Source: Octopus sinensis
Taxonomy: Eukaryota
Direction of reading: 5' to 3'
Assembly: GCF_006345805.1 (NCBI RefSeq)
Contig: NC_043011.1
Span: 17,930,464 to 17,994,463 of the forward strand
DNA: 64,000 bases
A program made the translations under genes and the position numbers. The notes under the pieces are model-generated. The model saw only the letters and a program-made list of their open reading frames with translations. It was not told the origin of the DNA and searched no databases. Of this stretch, positions 26,412 through 40,150 are shown piece after piece (positions within the stretch are counted from its first letter, which is position 1; every line of letters begins with the position of its first letter).

Positions 26412-27043
26412 CTTGTTGATAGATCTACCTGCACTGCAAGAGTATCGACGAGCGGACGAAATATGTTGTGATTTTTTTTGGCAACAAAATATTGAATTAC
26501 CACCAGAAATGTTTATATTTTATGTGTATATGACTTTAAGTGATATCTGGTATAAAAAAGATAGTATGTTTGTTTAATTACATGGCTACATTCTACCTGC
26601 TCGTGAAAGTAATGAATGAAGTTTAGTTGTAAATTATGAATGACAAAAGTAGTGCCGTCACCGTGACCTCGGGTCATCACCATGGATTGACAAATCAGAA
26701 GCAGCACTCGCAGTATCTGACATATGTTAGATACCAAAAATATCTCAAAGTGTTCTCACTCACATGTGTGTATTATATTAATTTATGTTTGTGTTTACTG
26801 GGTTTCCGAATAAATCTAGTAGATACAATATGGTCTATCAATAACCACTCTGTATATTTTTCGTCCACTTGCATTGCAATTAGAAGAACATCGTTCAACG
26901 TGTCTGCCTCTTGGGGATTACGTGAAATTTGGCTATTGTTTCTGGCAGAGTCAGTACCTGAGTTCTGACACAGTTGCATGTTTAACATCTATTTGTATTA
27001 TTTCATGCAATTGCGCTTCTTATTATCATCATCATCATCATCA

Positions 27044-27110
<67 letters not shown>

Positions 27111-27661
27111 CATCATCATTACTTGGAAATTGAACCCGTTTCCATATCCGGGACTCACGACCCAAAGATTCTATGCACTAAAATAGGTGCTATAAAGGGT
27201 TGCACCACAGTATTGGATTTCTTAGTTTAATCTAATACATGTCTCCATACTATTTCTCTGTAGCAATTATGATTGCAAACCACTATTCTATGAAGAATGA
27301 TGGAAGTAGAAAATCATGTAAACAGCATAGAGGAATATGGAATTTAATGTTCGAAAATGAAGGGAGATGTATTTTGATATGTTATCGATTATATCTTGCA
27401 GTTATTGGACTGCGGCTATACTGGATCACCGCCCTCAAGTCCTTAGTCCAGGAAACAGATCCCAGCAGTTATGTTTTTTTCGCCTGGTTCTTATACTGTT
27501 ACTCCCTTTTGCCCAACGGCTAAGTCACGGTAACATGAGCAAACGAATGCCAGATGTCAAGTGGTTCTCAGCGACAATTATATGCGCAAAGACGCATACA
27601 TACACACAGACACAAAAAAACAGACGCGCGTACGCGCACACATATACATGCATATATATGC

Positions 27662-27776
<115 letters not shown>

Positions 27777-28781
27777 TTTCGAGCAACTCTCAGTTTCCGT
27801 CTCCTAAGTCTACTCAAAATGATTTGGTCCGCCAGCGACTGTCGTAGAATTCACTAGCCCAAGTTGACACGGTATGTACATAAACCCGAAAACATATGGG
27901 TCGAAAGCAAGCTTTTGGCATTGCTAAACAGAAAATAAAAAGGGGAAATGAAAACCGCGTCATTTCCATATTATAGAAAAGAGGACTAGCCCATAAAATA
28001 ACGGCTTTCGTTGCAATGGATATGTCTCTAATCCTGTATAATACGTATATCGGACATGAACGAAAAGAGGGTATTGTGAATTTAGTCAGTCATAATAATT
28101 ACGATGATGTTTTCGCTAGAGAGTGTTGCAAACACAACCACCACCAACACCAACAACAATAACACCAACAACACCACCACTATCATCATCACATGTTAAT
28201 CAACATTATCATGATCGTCGCTGTTGTCACTTCTCTATGATTATGATAATATTTCTATCGATCATGAATACGAAGACAGTTTTAAAGATAATAGCGTTGA
28301 CGTTGATCGAAATGATAACGTTGATGATAATGATAGCAATAATCATGAATGCGGTTGATTGCTATGGAATAGGCATTTTTAATCAATATGTTTATGTTGA
28401 TGATGGCAATGTTGATAGCTTTGATAATACTGATAATTTTACCGATGATAATTTCTGGATAATAATGATGACAGTGATGGCAGAAGCGACAGTTTCAGTG
28501 AAGTTCAATATTAATGTATAGATAGACGTTCCGCAACGTAGAATTAGCAGGTGTGAAGTTACATGTTTAACTAAAAACACTTTTTCAATCAGTGTGAAGC
28601 AATTATAGCGATACGACTCCAATACGAGAAGCTTATAATCAGACGAGTAAACAAGGAGGTCGCTATGAAATTGCACGGCCTTCTCGCAGCTTCACCTGCT
28701 TACACAACATTTTGTAGTTTGAGTCTGATTCAGAAATATTGTGTAGATTTTTAACATATATGTATATATCTAATGCACTTA

Positions 28782-28941
28782 GCTTAGTTTTTCCTTGGGG
28801 TTGGCGAGATTGGAGCAATCTCAGATTCATCAGCCGAAATTGCGAGGAGGATACAGTTCTTGACTGAAGATTGAAGGCTTCGAATGTCCCGTCTGTGTTT
28901 TTTGTATCGTCTTCTAAATCATTTACGTTCTTGTCCCAGTT
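28782..28941 (+). repeat. Diverged solo copy of the 175-bp direct repeat of 52701/53566
   Basis: gcttagtttttccttgggg...cagccgaaattgc...ttcttgactgaagattgaaggcttcgaatgtcccgtc. Confidence 0.85.
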
Positions 28942-29423
28942 ACTATGCTATCATTCTAAAGAGACATGAATTTTGTGTCATGAATGCCTTCGGAAACGGC
29001 TTTGAAGATCGAGTTGGAAACTGTACGTATTAGTAAATGACAATTCAGAAAGAAAATTAGCGATTGAAAATAGATATTCTATGGTACATACACACAAATA
29101 CGTACACAATACAAACACATACACCAAATACGCAGCTATACACGCGCGCGGATATACATACACACATATACAGTCATAGGGAGAGATGAAGAAAAATTCA
29201 GAAGACATTGTAAGTTGATGAAAATATTTGGGTATAGAGTATATCTGAACAAAATTATATTTTCAATAGAATCAAATTAATTTCCTCTATGTTTACATGA
29301 AAGAATCTAAGAAAAATTATTATTTAAACTCATTCTTAAACTTAACATTCTGTTCTTCAAATGATTATCATTAACGATATCATGATTATAACCATCATTA
29401 CCATCGTTGTTCCCTCGTAGTAC

Positions 29424-29465
<42 letters not shown>

Positions 29466-29500
29466 CAGTAGCAGCAGCAGTAGTAGTAGTCATCATCCTT

Positions 29501-29542
<42 letters not shown>

Positions 29543-29915
29543 GTCGTCATTGTCTCATCTTCATCATCATCACAGTCATCAGCATTAATATTAATAATTA
29601 TGTTGTATTTTGTAATTTTTTTCATCAATTTTCAGCTTATTCATGCTGATCGGAAATTATATCCCGCTGATAACATATTCTCATACTTTTGCAATTAATT
29701 GAAAAAAAAAAAAAAATATAAAACAAGGGAATTTAAATATGAAGATTAATTCTTATAATGATTTACAGAGCTTACAAGTATACACACAAACTCACACATA
29801 TGTATATGCATGCATCTTCGTATATTAAATATATATTTTTTTATGGGAAAGGTATATGTATGTATATACATACAGAAAAGGAGAAAGATGGGTAGGTGTA
29901 GAAATAGATCGATTG

Positions 29916-29948
<33 letters not shown>

Positions 29949-30025
29949 TAAGGGTAGAAATTGATATTTATCAATTAAGACCAGTGGTCTAGCATATTAA
30001 AAAAGAATCCGAAGATTAAAATATT

Positions 30026-30231
30026 TATATATACCAATTAAGGACTGAACACGAAAAGTGGACAGTCAACATGCTAGATATAGACGTCAAATCGCCATTC
30101 ACCACAAAAGATTATGTTCTCAGATCAAACTTGAGTTTGATCTGAGAACATAATCTTTTGTGGTGAATGGCGATTTGACGTCTATATCTAGCATGTTGAC
30201 TGTCCACTTTTCGTGTTCAGTCCTTAATTGG

Positions 30232-30239
<8 letters not shown>
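30026..30239. repeat. Perfect 214-bp palindrome (2-nt centre at 30132-30133) in a (TA)n/(GA)n site
   Basis: Arms checked base by base from ...cagatcaaact-tg-agtttgatctg... outward. The left arm continues about 85 bp further as single-copy element sequence. Confidence 0.95.
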
Positions 30240-30295
<56 letters not shown>

Positions 30296-31394
30296 TAAGG
30301 GGTATATGCATCCATGAAATTGAACCATACAAAATTAATTTTGGCAACGTTTCCAAATCTCCCTCAGACCTCAACTTTTCATATGCAAGTTAAAACCTAC
30401 TGAATTGTTGAATTGCAACTTGGAATCTATGTCGTTCCATGTATTTTTGCAAGGAAGTAAAAGTACAGAATAAACACTGAATAACGTCTTACCTGACACT
30501 GTAAACGTTACTCCAACTAATTATCACTGCAAATGTTATAAACATTGATAAACCATCGTTTTGTTCCAGAAATTCAATTTTCTTCTTCTCTTGTTCGTTT
30601 AAGTGAGATTCTAAATAACAGTTCATGATATCTTAACAGAGATAGAATAATACAGGTGCAGATAAACGATCAGAAAATCTAATACAACTTTTGCATTAGC
30701 ACCTATTTACAAAATACAACGCTGAATTGTGCCTTCGTTATACATGTTAAACATTTTCATATACCCGTTAAAAGCTTTCACTCTATGACTATTGTCAGCG
30801 TCTTAAACCAGGTGCAAGAACGAACGAAGATATCTATTTTGTAAGATAGCTTTTATTTGTACATATATTTGTGTAGAAATATTACCTTATGGAATGAATT
30901 TTACACAACCAGGTATATTTTACTTTAACCATTTTCAATGATTATAGAAAAAATATTTTCAGATTAGCTATTTAGAATATATCGCACTATCGTGCAATGA
31001 ACTACTTTATTCATGCTATGAATGGCACTTATAAATTTTCACTGACACCAATAATTAAGTTATAAACCTGAAGTTGTCATATACAAAGTCTGTGTGTTTA
31101 AGGCACTACATATCTGAACAGTTAATATAATCACGTATAGGTTAATATTCTGAAAATGTGCAATGAAAATGAATATACTTGACTAACTTAACCTGACATA
31201 CTCAGTTCCGACTTCCTTGTCGCGATTCACAATCTCTCATTGTAAGCTGTTTACACTTAAATATAAATTTCTAAGAAGGGGTGTATACCTGGTCACACGT
31301 AAAACACAATGGCGCTGTCATATTCCATACACACTACAGATTTTAGATTAAATGTATTCTTGATAGGCTCAATTTCGGTGTAGGCGAAATCGTT

Positions 31395-31720
31395 GAATAG
31401 ATGCATGCGTGGATGTGTAGTAAGAAGCTTGGTTCTCAATCAGATGTGTCGGGGTTAAGTACTATTGAATGGAACCTCTGACAGGTGCCTTCTACTATAG
31501 TCTCGGGTCGACCAAAGACTTATGAGTGGAGTTGGTAGACAGAAACGGAGAGGAGCCCGTCATATATATTTGCGTGTGTTTGTTTGCTCGTGCCTTTGCC
31601 TTCTGTTACCGCTTGAAAATCGGTGTTTGTGAGTTTACGTCACTAATATAACGGTTCGGCGAAAAAGAAACGATGAAATAGGTGACTGGCTTAAAAGAAG
31701 GGTCGATTTATCCGACTAAA
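31395..31720 (+). mobile_element. Degraded SINE family B
   Basis: ggatgtgtagtaagaagctt...cttctactatagtctcgggtcgaccaaag...gagtggagttggtagacagaaac... Confidence 0.65.
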
Positions 31721-32437
31721 AATTATTGAAAGTGGTACCCCAGCATTGCCCCTATCCAGTGACTGAAATAAGTAAAAGACATAAGTCAAAAGATAAAAAA
31801 AGATTTTCTAGTACAACTTGTTTGTTGAGTATTTCAATAAACCTTGTAGTCTTTCTTTCTCCTATATTTCTATTCATACCGAATTCTCCCCAATTTTCTA
31901 TCGCTTTATATAGAGAGCAGATGTCACAGTATTTTGGAATAGTGAGCGTATTTCGCCATATGCTTTGAAGCTACTGTCTTTCCCTCAGGATTTTTGGGTG
32001 CAATTGCTTTGCTGTATGTATTCGGGTTATACGCATGGCTTGGAGTTTTCTATTATTTATCCACGACCGACCACCCTCTACGCTTCTCCACGATGCCAAA
32101 GTAGCATTCTGAAATACATCTTGGACTTGTAGGTCTATCCGAAGATTTATGAATATAAAATATTATTTACATATATATTAATTACCTTTGACACTCAAAT
32201 TCAACAACATTCACCTAGAACAAAAGAAAGCTATGGGTTGTACTCTCTGCTCGCTTCCATTCCCTACGAAAAGCAGTATATACGCAAACATTGATTCCAC
32301 TCACCCTCCTTTATCTTGTATACGTTATCTAGGTTACAACAGTAGCTAGAAGCCAGGTTTAAAAGTATGTATGTATATATGTACGTACGTACGTATGTAT
32401 GAACGTATGTATGTATGTACGTATGTATGTGTGTACA

Positions 32438-32469
<32 letters not shown>

Positions 32470-33334
32470 GGTATGTATGTATGTTTCTATGTGTATGTGC
32501 GCTTGTGTGTATCTGTAAGTACGCGTGTGTGTGTGATGTGCTTGCGTATACATATATAGACAATCGTCCTCAATTCAAAGCTTCACCAGTGCGCCATATC
32601 CGTCAAGTTGGAAACCATAGTTCCCATCTCTAGTCTTACGTGATACAGAGTATTTTGCGTTTTGGAATGTGTCCTCATCACTAGCTGGTGATTATCATAC
32701 ACTGATGACGAGTTACTACCCAGAAAACCGGGTTTATGTGCATAACGTAACGCTAGAGATGGGAAATTTGATTTCCCGACGTAAATGCTAATCGGGCACA
32801 AATAGTGTGCCGTTAGGCAACTGGAGAAGATATCATCTTGAGGTTATAAACAGTAGCACCGTCCCCTATGTGTCTGCCACATTTAATTGGTAAATATACT
32901 TCACGATTCCGTACTATTACTGGTTACTTCTCGCTCAGAGATTTATTATTGCTAGTTTCTACTTTTTTGAGATCAGCAACAATTTGTCGCTGGGAAAACT
33001 ATTCTACGTTTCAAATGAGTTCTCATCGCTATCTTATCATTATCACACACTGTTTATGTATCACGTAAGGCTAGAGATGGAAACGATGATTTTATTCGCA
33101 AATACTGATCGGACACATACAGCGTGTCGTTAGCCAGCTGTAGGAGATGTTTTCCTAGGGCTATAGAAGGCAGTAGCATCGTCCTCTATTGGTCCGCCTC
33201 TTTTAGGTGGAAAATATACTTTACGATATATACGATATATATATATATATATGTGTGTGTGTATGTATGTGTGTGTGTGTGGAGAGAGAAAAAGACGTGT
33301 GTATACGCACATATATATTTATACATAATATCAA

Positions 33335-33380
<46 letters not shown>

Positions 33381-34747
33381 ATTCGCATGCGATCATACCT
33401 GTCGTTGATTTTAGAGAACTACTGTTACAGTGAATTGTAGGTATTTGACAGCTACCTCTAGTAAATGTGCCGGTCATGTCCGTTAGCTCTTATTATACTT
33501 ATAATTTTATAATTGTATACGTAAAATAATTAATGTTACCTATACAGTCATATTTATGTGCAGTCCAATGACAATCATTTCTTAAATTTTATGATTATAT
33601 CCTTATCTTATAAGTATATAAATAATTTGGAGTTCTTTAGTCAGAATATTATAGTGCGAGAATACATCTACCCCTGTGTATTCTGACATCAACTGCATTG
33701 TCGAAATGGGTTGGAAGATAAGGTGTCCACGCTGAAAACGCGCGTATACACTGGTATCTGTGGATGAATTTATCGGTGGGTACGTATATTTCTCACTTAT
33801 ATATTAATTGGTATATTTCTACTGAAGACTGCCGAGCAATGTTTCGCAGAGCGTAAAATCTCGAAGTAAAGAATTATCCATAATCTTGTATGTTTTCTTG
33901 CTCATTCCCTTTCGGAGTAGATTGTAGGTATTTGATGCTTACTTCTAGCAAGGACGCCGGTCATGTATGGTAGGCCTTATTATAATTATATTTTTATAAT
34001 TACGTATATATATACTTATCATTGCACACATACACATATAAATGCTAATAACTAGAAAAGGTATTGTATACGCTTCATTAACTTCCTTACCTCTATAATA
34101 CGGTGTTTTATTTCAACTTAAAATATAAATACACATTGTATAAGAGAAGTGTGCTCATGCAAGTATACATGCATTCATACAATGATACGCAGCCTCATAT
34201 GTGTGTACTTATATATATGAATGCATATTTGTATATATGACGATTGTAAGTTAATATTGATTACCTACTATCGTAAATTCGAACGTCAATACATTTCAAT
34301 CGAAGATAAATAAATTACTAATTGATTCCGTTTGACCGGCAAACATATTCTAATTTAACTTCAAAGACCATCAATTAGTGGCAAAAAAGTAACATTATTC
34401 TACAAAACATAATTTTGTCTAAGATATGCCACGTAAGTAAAGTTTTGATAAAAATCATCATCGCATTTGATGTTGGAATTCTGTTTATTTTGAAAACTGA
34501 AAATTAATAACTTATGTTGTATTATTTTTGTGAATTCTTTGGTTTGCTACTAAAAAAAAAAAAAAGAAAATAATATATACAGCTACAAGATAAAGTCGGT
34601 TTCCAAATAGAACGACGAGTTAAATCATAAAGCGTACGCAACGAAGACAGATTCCACTCAAGGGAGGAATTCAACACACAAGTAACTGAAAATGAAGTTT
34701 CCGAAAAGCCGTATTAAAATGCTGATTACATTTCACTCACATAGGAA

Positions 34748-34784
<37 letters not shown>

Positions 34785-34853
34785 GGAGTAGACACATAAA
34801 TGTGAAACAAGGTGGAAAAAAGAGTACTCAAATACCAGTGGTAGAGTAATATG

Positions 34854-35017
34854 CTTTATTTTAAGCAGCAGAAAATTCAACAAAATCTGTTACTCTGAGT
34901 TTCTCGTTGCCGTTCATCAGACAGTTTTTGCTAGATTCTAGCAAAAACTGTCTGATGAACGGCAACGAGAAACTCAGAGTAACAGATTTTGTTGAGTTTT
35001 CTGCTGCTTAAAATAAA

Positions 35018-35018
<1 letters not shown>
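34854..35018. repeat. 165-bp palindrome (centre 34936, one mismatch) formed by head-to-head PLE pLTR copies
   Basis: ctttattttaagcagcag...acagtttttgctaga-t-tctagcaaaaactgt...ctgctgcttaaaataaag. Flanked by (TA)n. Confidence 0.95.
34948..34985 (+). ncRNA. Minimal type I hammerhead ribozyme (mirror copy on minus strand 34887-34924)
   Basis: CTGT-CTGATGA-A-CG-GCAA-CG-A-GAAAC-TCAGA-GTA-ACAG. Stem I CTGT/ACAG, GNRA-capped stem II with an A.A mismatch at 10.1/11.1, stem III ACT/AGT, predicted cleavage after A34981. Confidence 0.7.
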
Positions 35019-35089
<71 letters not shown>

Positions 35090-35096
35090 TATATAT

Positions 35097-35282
35097 GGAG
35101 AGAGTTTACGATAAAAACAAATGACGAAGACGGGTGGTGTACAAAAACAAACAGATGTATAACGCTCAGGAATAGAAAAAGTTTGTTACGTTTCAAGCCT
35201 ACGCTCTTCTACAGAAAGGGACACAGAAAGAAACAAGGAGAGAAAAAAATGTGTGTAGTGGCTAACGATATATGATGGCGAT
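35097..35282 (-). mobile_element. Solo PLE pseudo-LTR fragment with variant hammerhead (35181-35220)
   Basis: Homologous to 20561-20725. Minus strand reads CCCTTT-CTGTAGA-A-GAG-CGTAGG-CTT-GAAAC-GTA. Confidence 0.6.
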
Positions 35283-35451
35283 ATATATACGTAAACACAC
35301 AGACACACATACACACGTACACTTGTATATAAGTATATGCTTTCCTTTTATTCGTTTCAGGCATCTGACTGCGACTATGTTGGGTCAACACCCTAGAAGA
35401 ATTTTCTAGTCGAATAAATCGACTGTAGTTATTTTTTTTCTTAAGTCTGGC

Positions 35452-35780
35452 ACTTAGCGGTATTTCGTCTGCCGCTACGTTTCTGATTTCAAATCCCGCC
35501 GAGGTCGACCTTGCCTTTTATCCTTTCAGGGTCGATTACGCACTGGGATCGACATAATCGACTTAATCCGTTTGTCTGTCCTTGTTTGCCCTCTCTGTGT
35601 TTAGCCCCTTGTGGGTAATAAGGAAATGGGTGTTTCGTCTATCTTTACATTCTGAGTTCAAATTTCGCCGAGGTCGACTTTGCCTTCCATCCTTTCAGGG
35701 TTGATAAATTAATTAACAGTTGCGTACTGGGTCGATCTATTCCCCCAAACTTGGGGCCTTGTGCCTAGCGTAGAAAAGTA
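35452..35780 (+). mobile_element. SINE family A (two units)
   Basis: cttagcggtatttcgtctgccg...gccgaggtcgac...catcctttcagggg, repeated. Confidence 0.85.
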
Positions 35781-36129
35781 TATAACTTGTGTATAAAATA
35801 ACAAAGGCGGCTATATGCAAAACGAAACCAAGCAGGAAAAAAAAACAATTGTCACTAATTGTGACTTAGGGTGCAGGGTAGCATCTACATTGCTTGAAAT
35901 AAAATTTCAAGAAAAACCCTTAGAGCCGCAAAGAAGTGCATTTTCATATACTGACAGGGGAGATTAATGTCACAATGCAAGTGGGATCGCTCTACTGGAC
36001 TACTTTCGCTTAAAAATTACATACTCATCAGTAGTAATTACTGTATAGTGTGGCAGAATCTAGACTATGTGCACAAGTGTGTGCTGAAAAGTTCCCGGCT
36101 TTATGGGTGTCGCGGAAGGACTAGTTGGA

Positions 36130-37200
36130 CTCGAAGAATGGTGCGTTGGAGAGGTAGGGTGGTGGGGTGGTAGGTTAGAGGAGAAGGGAGGCCAGAGACT
36201 GCATGGCGGGTTCGGGAGGAGAGAGCAGATGCACGATCCACGGAACGTGCTCTGGCAAGGACGGTGTGGATAGTGGTGAGAGGATATCCACTTAGGATGA
36301 AGTGGCGAACCATGAGTTGAGACTGAGTCTCAAAGTCATGGTTGTCACTACAGAGCCTGCGTAGACGGAGGAATTGGGAATAGGGGATGGAGAGCTTGGT
36401 GTTTTTGGGTTGGGAGGAGGAGAAGTTGAGGTATGAGTGTGAGTCTGTGTGTTTGTAAGAGTGGAGTGATGAATGCTGACCGAAATGTCAAGAAAGCAAA
36501 CAGAGGTGTCAGAGATAGTGCAGGAGAAGTGGAGGGCAGAATGGAAAGATTTGACAAAAGAGAGGAAGAAGTCTAGATGTTCGCGGGAGAGTGATGTGGC
36601 ACCGATACAGTCGTCAATATAACGGCCATATAGTTCGGGAGTGGGATAAATGAAATTAGAGAATATTTGGGCCTCAATATAGCCAACGAACAGGTTCGCA
36701 TAGTTGGAACCCTTTCTCGTTTCCATTGCCACTCCCGAGCCCTGCTGGTAGAAATCGCCCGCGAACGAGAAGCAGTTGAGTGAGAGGACAAGTTTGGCCA
36801 GACGAACGAGTGTGTAGGTGTCGGGTTGGGAATTGGGTCGGAGGTCCAGGAAGTGTTTCAGTGCACGCAGCCCCTCGTGGTGAGGGATCACAGTGTAGAG
36901 GCTCTGGATGTCCAGACTAAAGAGAAGTTTAGAGGGGCCAGGAGGGAAGGAGAAAGATTTGAATAGACGAAGAGCATGGTTGGTGTCGTTGATGTGAGAA
37001 GGGAGAGAAGCCACTAAGGGGGCAAGGACACGGTCGGGGTATTTGGAGAGAAGCTCGGTGGGACAGTTACAGGGGGAGACGATGGGGCGGCCAGGGTTGT
37101 TGGGTTTATGGATTTTGAGGAGGATGCGGGGGGTTCGGACAATGAGGCTGGAGGCGGTGTGGGGGAGACGGGAGGACGAGATGAGGTCATTGATGGTATA
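36130..37200 (-). pseudogene. Decayed Penelope-like RT fragment
   Basis: LLKIHKPNNPGRPIVS, LPSHINDTNHAL, LDIQSLYTVIPH, GVAMETRKGSNYANLF, YGRYIDD, FLDISVS, then SIPYSQALRLRRLCS-like sequence. Frameshifted. Confidence 0.9.
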
Positions 37201-37618
37201 GGAGATATATGCTTGATTTCCAAATCAAATCACAGAGGAGGTATACTACATGCGATCGCAGAGAGGGACTCAATATAGAAATGGTGCAAACCTGTCTACA
37301 CTCCCCGAGGAAATTACTTTCAAGGAATAATACTACCGATTACATCGTGGGGTGTACACTAACCAATTGCCCCTTCAACGACATCAAAACATGCTCGAGT
37401 GTCTACGTGCAAGGCGAAACAGCCTGCAGTAAATGTGGGACATCCTACATTGCGAGTCCCACCAGTTAATTTTACGTGTGTATTAAAAGGAAACATCTGA
37501 ACTAGAGCGCTTCCTGCGCTTCCTCAGCTGCTGCTGCTTAAGTCATCAAACTTTAGAAACCGAACATTGCGCTGTAGCCATAAACACTATTTTCACGAAG
37601 GAAGAGAGAGACAGAGAG

Positions 37619-37664
<46 letters not shown>

Positions 37665-39732
37665 CGACTTACCTTTTTGAAGAATATGGAAATTTTTACA
37701 AAAATTTCGTTTACTTTTTCTCCATTTAATTTGCTGTTTTACTCTTTGTTGAAAAAGTCCAAAAGGCGGAAACCGGTACTAACCTGTACAAAAAGTGTTT
37801 CACGATGAAATTAATTTAGCATTTCTACCTTGTCTTACTTTCTTTATAATTATCAATTCATGTGTGACTTTTCCACCTTCTACATACATTGATATATACA
37901 TACATACAGACAGACAGACAGAGATATGGATTGCTTGTTCCTACTCCATCCATGCCTGGCTCATAAGGGCCAGTTTTCCGGGTCCAATTGTGTATAGGCA
38001 ACCCAGTTGAACGTGAGGCCAGTTCGTCGCAGGTGAGCTGCTAGATGCAGAAGGAAAGAGTGAGAGAGAGAGAGAGAGAAAGAAAGAGTGAGAGGTGTAT
38101 GTATATTTATGCATATCCATGTATACATGTATGTGAGTGTTAGTGCATTTTGCTTTGCTATATATTCTTCCAATGTGAAATAGTTGTTTTATATTTTTCC
38201 CTTCAGTTTTCTTACAAACTTTCGCGTATACGTCTCTTACCACCCACTCTTTATAATTCTTTATAATCTTAAATACAGAAGGCATAATTATTCGCAAAAA
38301 ACATTATCTGGGGGGGAGGGGTTCATCAGCGATGTGTTTGTTTTGCCAAACATAACATTACAGGAACGAAATCAAACAGGAAATATTCTATTCCAACTTT
38401 TGCTGAAACACATTAGAATATATGGACGCCTCATTTATAAAAAAGGATCCAGCATTTTTATTACGATGATTCTGGAAACAGGGGCATCATGTCTGCCCAC
38501 CGTTTTCTTCATGAAACTACAAATAATATTCAACTTCTCGTCTCCGTCTATTTATGCAGTTTCGGCTACGTCAGCTGGATTCCTTAATTGCTGGTAGATA
38601 ATTTGTAAGTCATTTTGTTCTACAAGGTTTATTCCTCTAAATTTCACTATATTCCGGGACTTTTCTGTATTTAAACTCGAAATGCGTCCATCCACTGAAA
38701 TATGCAAATGAGTATCAACTTACCGGTAATACTCAAATTGCAATTCTGCCTGCCTCTGCTCCTACCGTAGAAGGAAAGATACCCCTGTAATACAAATTGT
38801 TATTATTATTGTCTCGTTCTTAAATACACAGAAGAGAAATTGCGTGCAATTGGTAGGTGAGACCATAATTGACAGAGACAAGTTATTTGCTGTTCTATAG
38901 TTATATTATCACTTCGGTAAAAGGCAATTCACTAATGAGACAAAGATGTAAATTACAAGTATTTCAAACTTTAAGTCGAGAATAACTTCAAAAGCACTAC
39001 ACAATATGAACACATTTTGTGTTGATCCTTTCAAAGCAATAGGTCGTATGACTTCTGAAGCTATAGTTTGTACGGGAAACAATTTAAATCAATTGATTTA
39101 ATGCTTCTGTGATGATAATAAAACCGTAAGTATTGTTGATTATCTTAAAAAAAGAAGTTGAAGTTTTCTATAGTTTTTAAAGAAATCTAAGTTTAACTAC
39201 AGGAATTAATGCAAGAAATGCAATTTGAAGTATAGTAATTCTAATTATCGTATTCCTAACTAAATTACTTTTGTGTTGGGGGATTGATGTGAATTTTTTA
39301 ACAGAGAGCAAACTTGTTTATTTGTTTCTGTTTAAGATAGTGCAGTTACCTCATCTATTGTTTCTTTCCGTTTTCTCACGAAGATTTCTATAAGCTAATT
39401 ATTTTCACCTTAAATTTTTCATTTTACGCCAACTCGACACATATATGTTAACGTGGGAGAGGGATAGAGGGGGCGAAGGAAGGACAGCAGACAGACAATC
39501 AGAGATACAGAGAGTATGTGAGAGAACGTGCAATCATGTATGCGTGCGAAGCAAAAAATATATATTTGTGTGCGTATGTGCAACTAAGTCAACTCGCGTA
39601 TGCGTTTAATGTGCAACTAGCATATCTCCGAAGCAGGCAGGCGGTATATATATAGAGTAATATTGTTTTCAAAGATTTGATAAAAACGAGTATAAACTTT
39701 CATAGACCTGCTTATACACTGAAAGGTATCAT

Positions 39733-40150
39733 ATTTCTTTACTACCCACAAGGGGCTAAACACAGAGAGGAGAAACAAGGACAGACAAACGGATTAAGTC
39801 AATTACATCGACTCCAGTGCGTAGCTGGTACTTAATTTAATCGACCCCGAAAGGATGAAAGGCAAAGTCGACCTCGGTGGAATTTGAACTCAGAGCGTAG
39901 CGACAGAAGAAATACCTATTTCTTTATTACCCACAAGGGGCTAAACACAGAGGGGACAAACAAGGACAGACATAGGTATTAAGTCGATTACATCGACCCC
40001 AGTGCGTAACTGTTACTTAATTTATCGACCCCGAAAGGATGAGAGGCAAAGTCGACCTCGGCGGAATTTGAACTCACAACGTAACGCAGAAGAAATACCG
40101 CTAAGCATTTCGCCTGCCGGACTAACGTTTCTGCCAACTCGCCGCCACTA
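39733..40150 (-). mobile_element. SINE family A (dimeric, full head)
   Basis: Two tandem bodies at 39733-39915 and 39915-40150, ending ...ttctgccaactcgccgcc. Confidence 0.9.

Noticed and set aside
32696-32740. CTGATGA...GAAAACCGGGTTT hammerhead-like string
   Set aside because: Stem II does not pair and stem I is out of register, so it is likely chance.
36068-36103. Mariner-like TIR fragment (gtgtgctgaaaagttcccggctt)
   Set aside because: No partner TIR or transposase sequence was found nearby.
37209-37469. Cys-containing 86-aa ORF (ACSKCGTSYIAS)
   Set aside because: At most a decayed GIY-YIG remnant. Too little signal to call.
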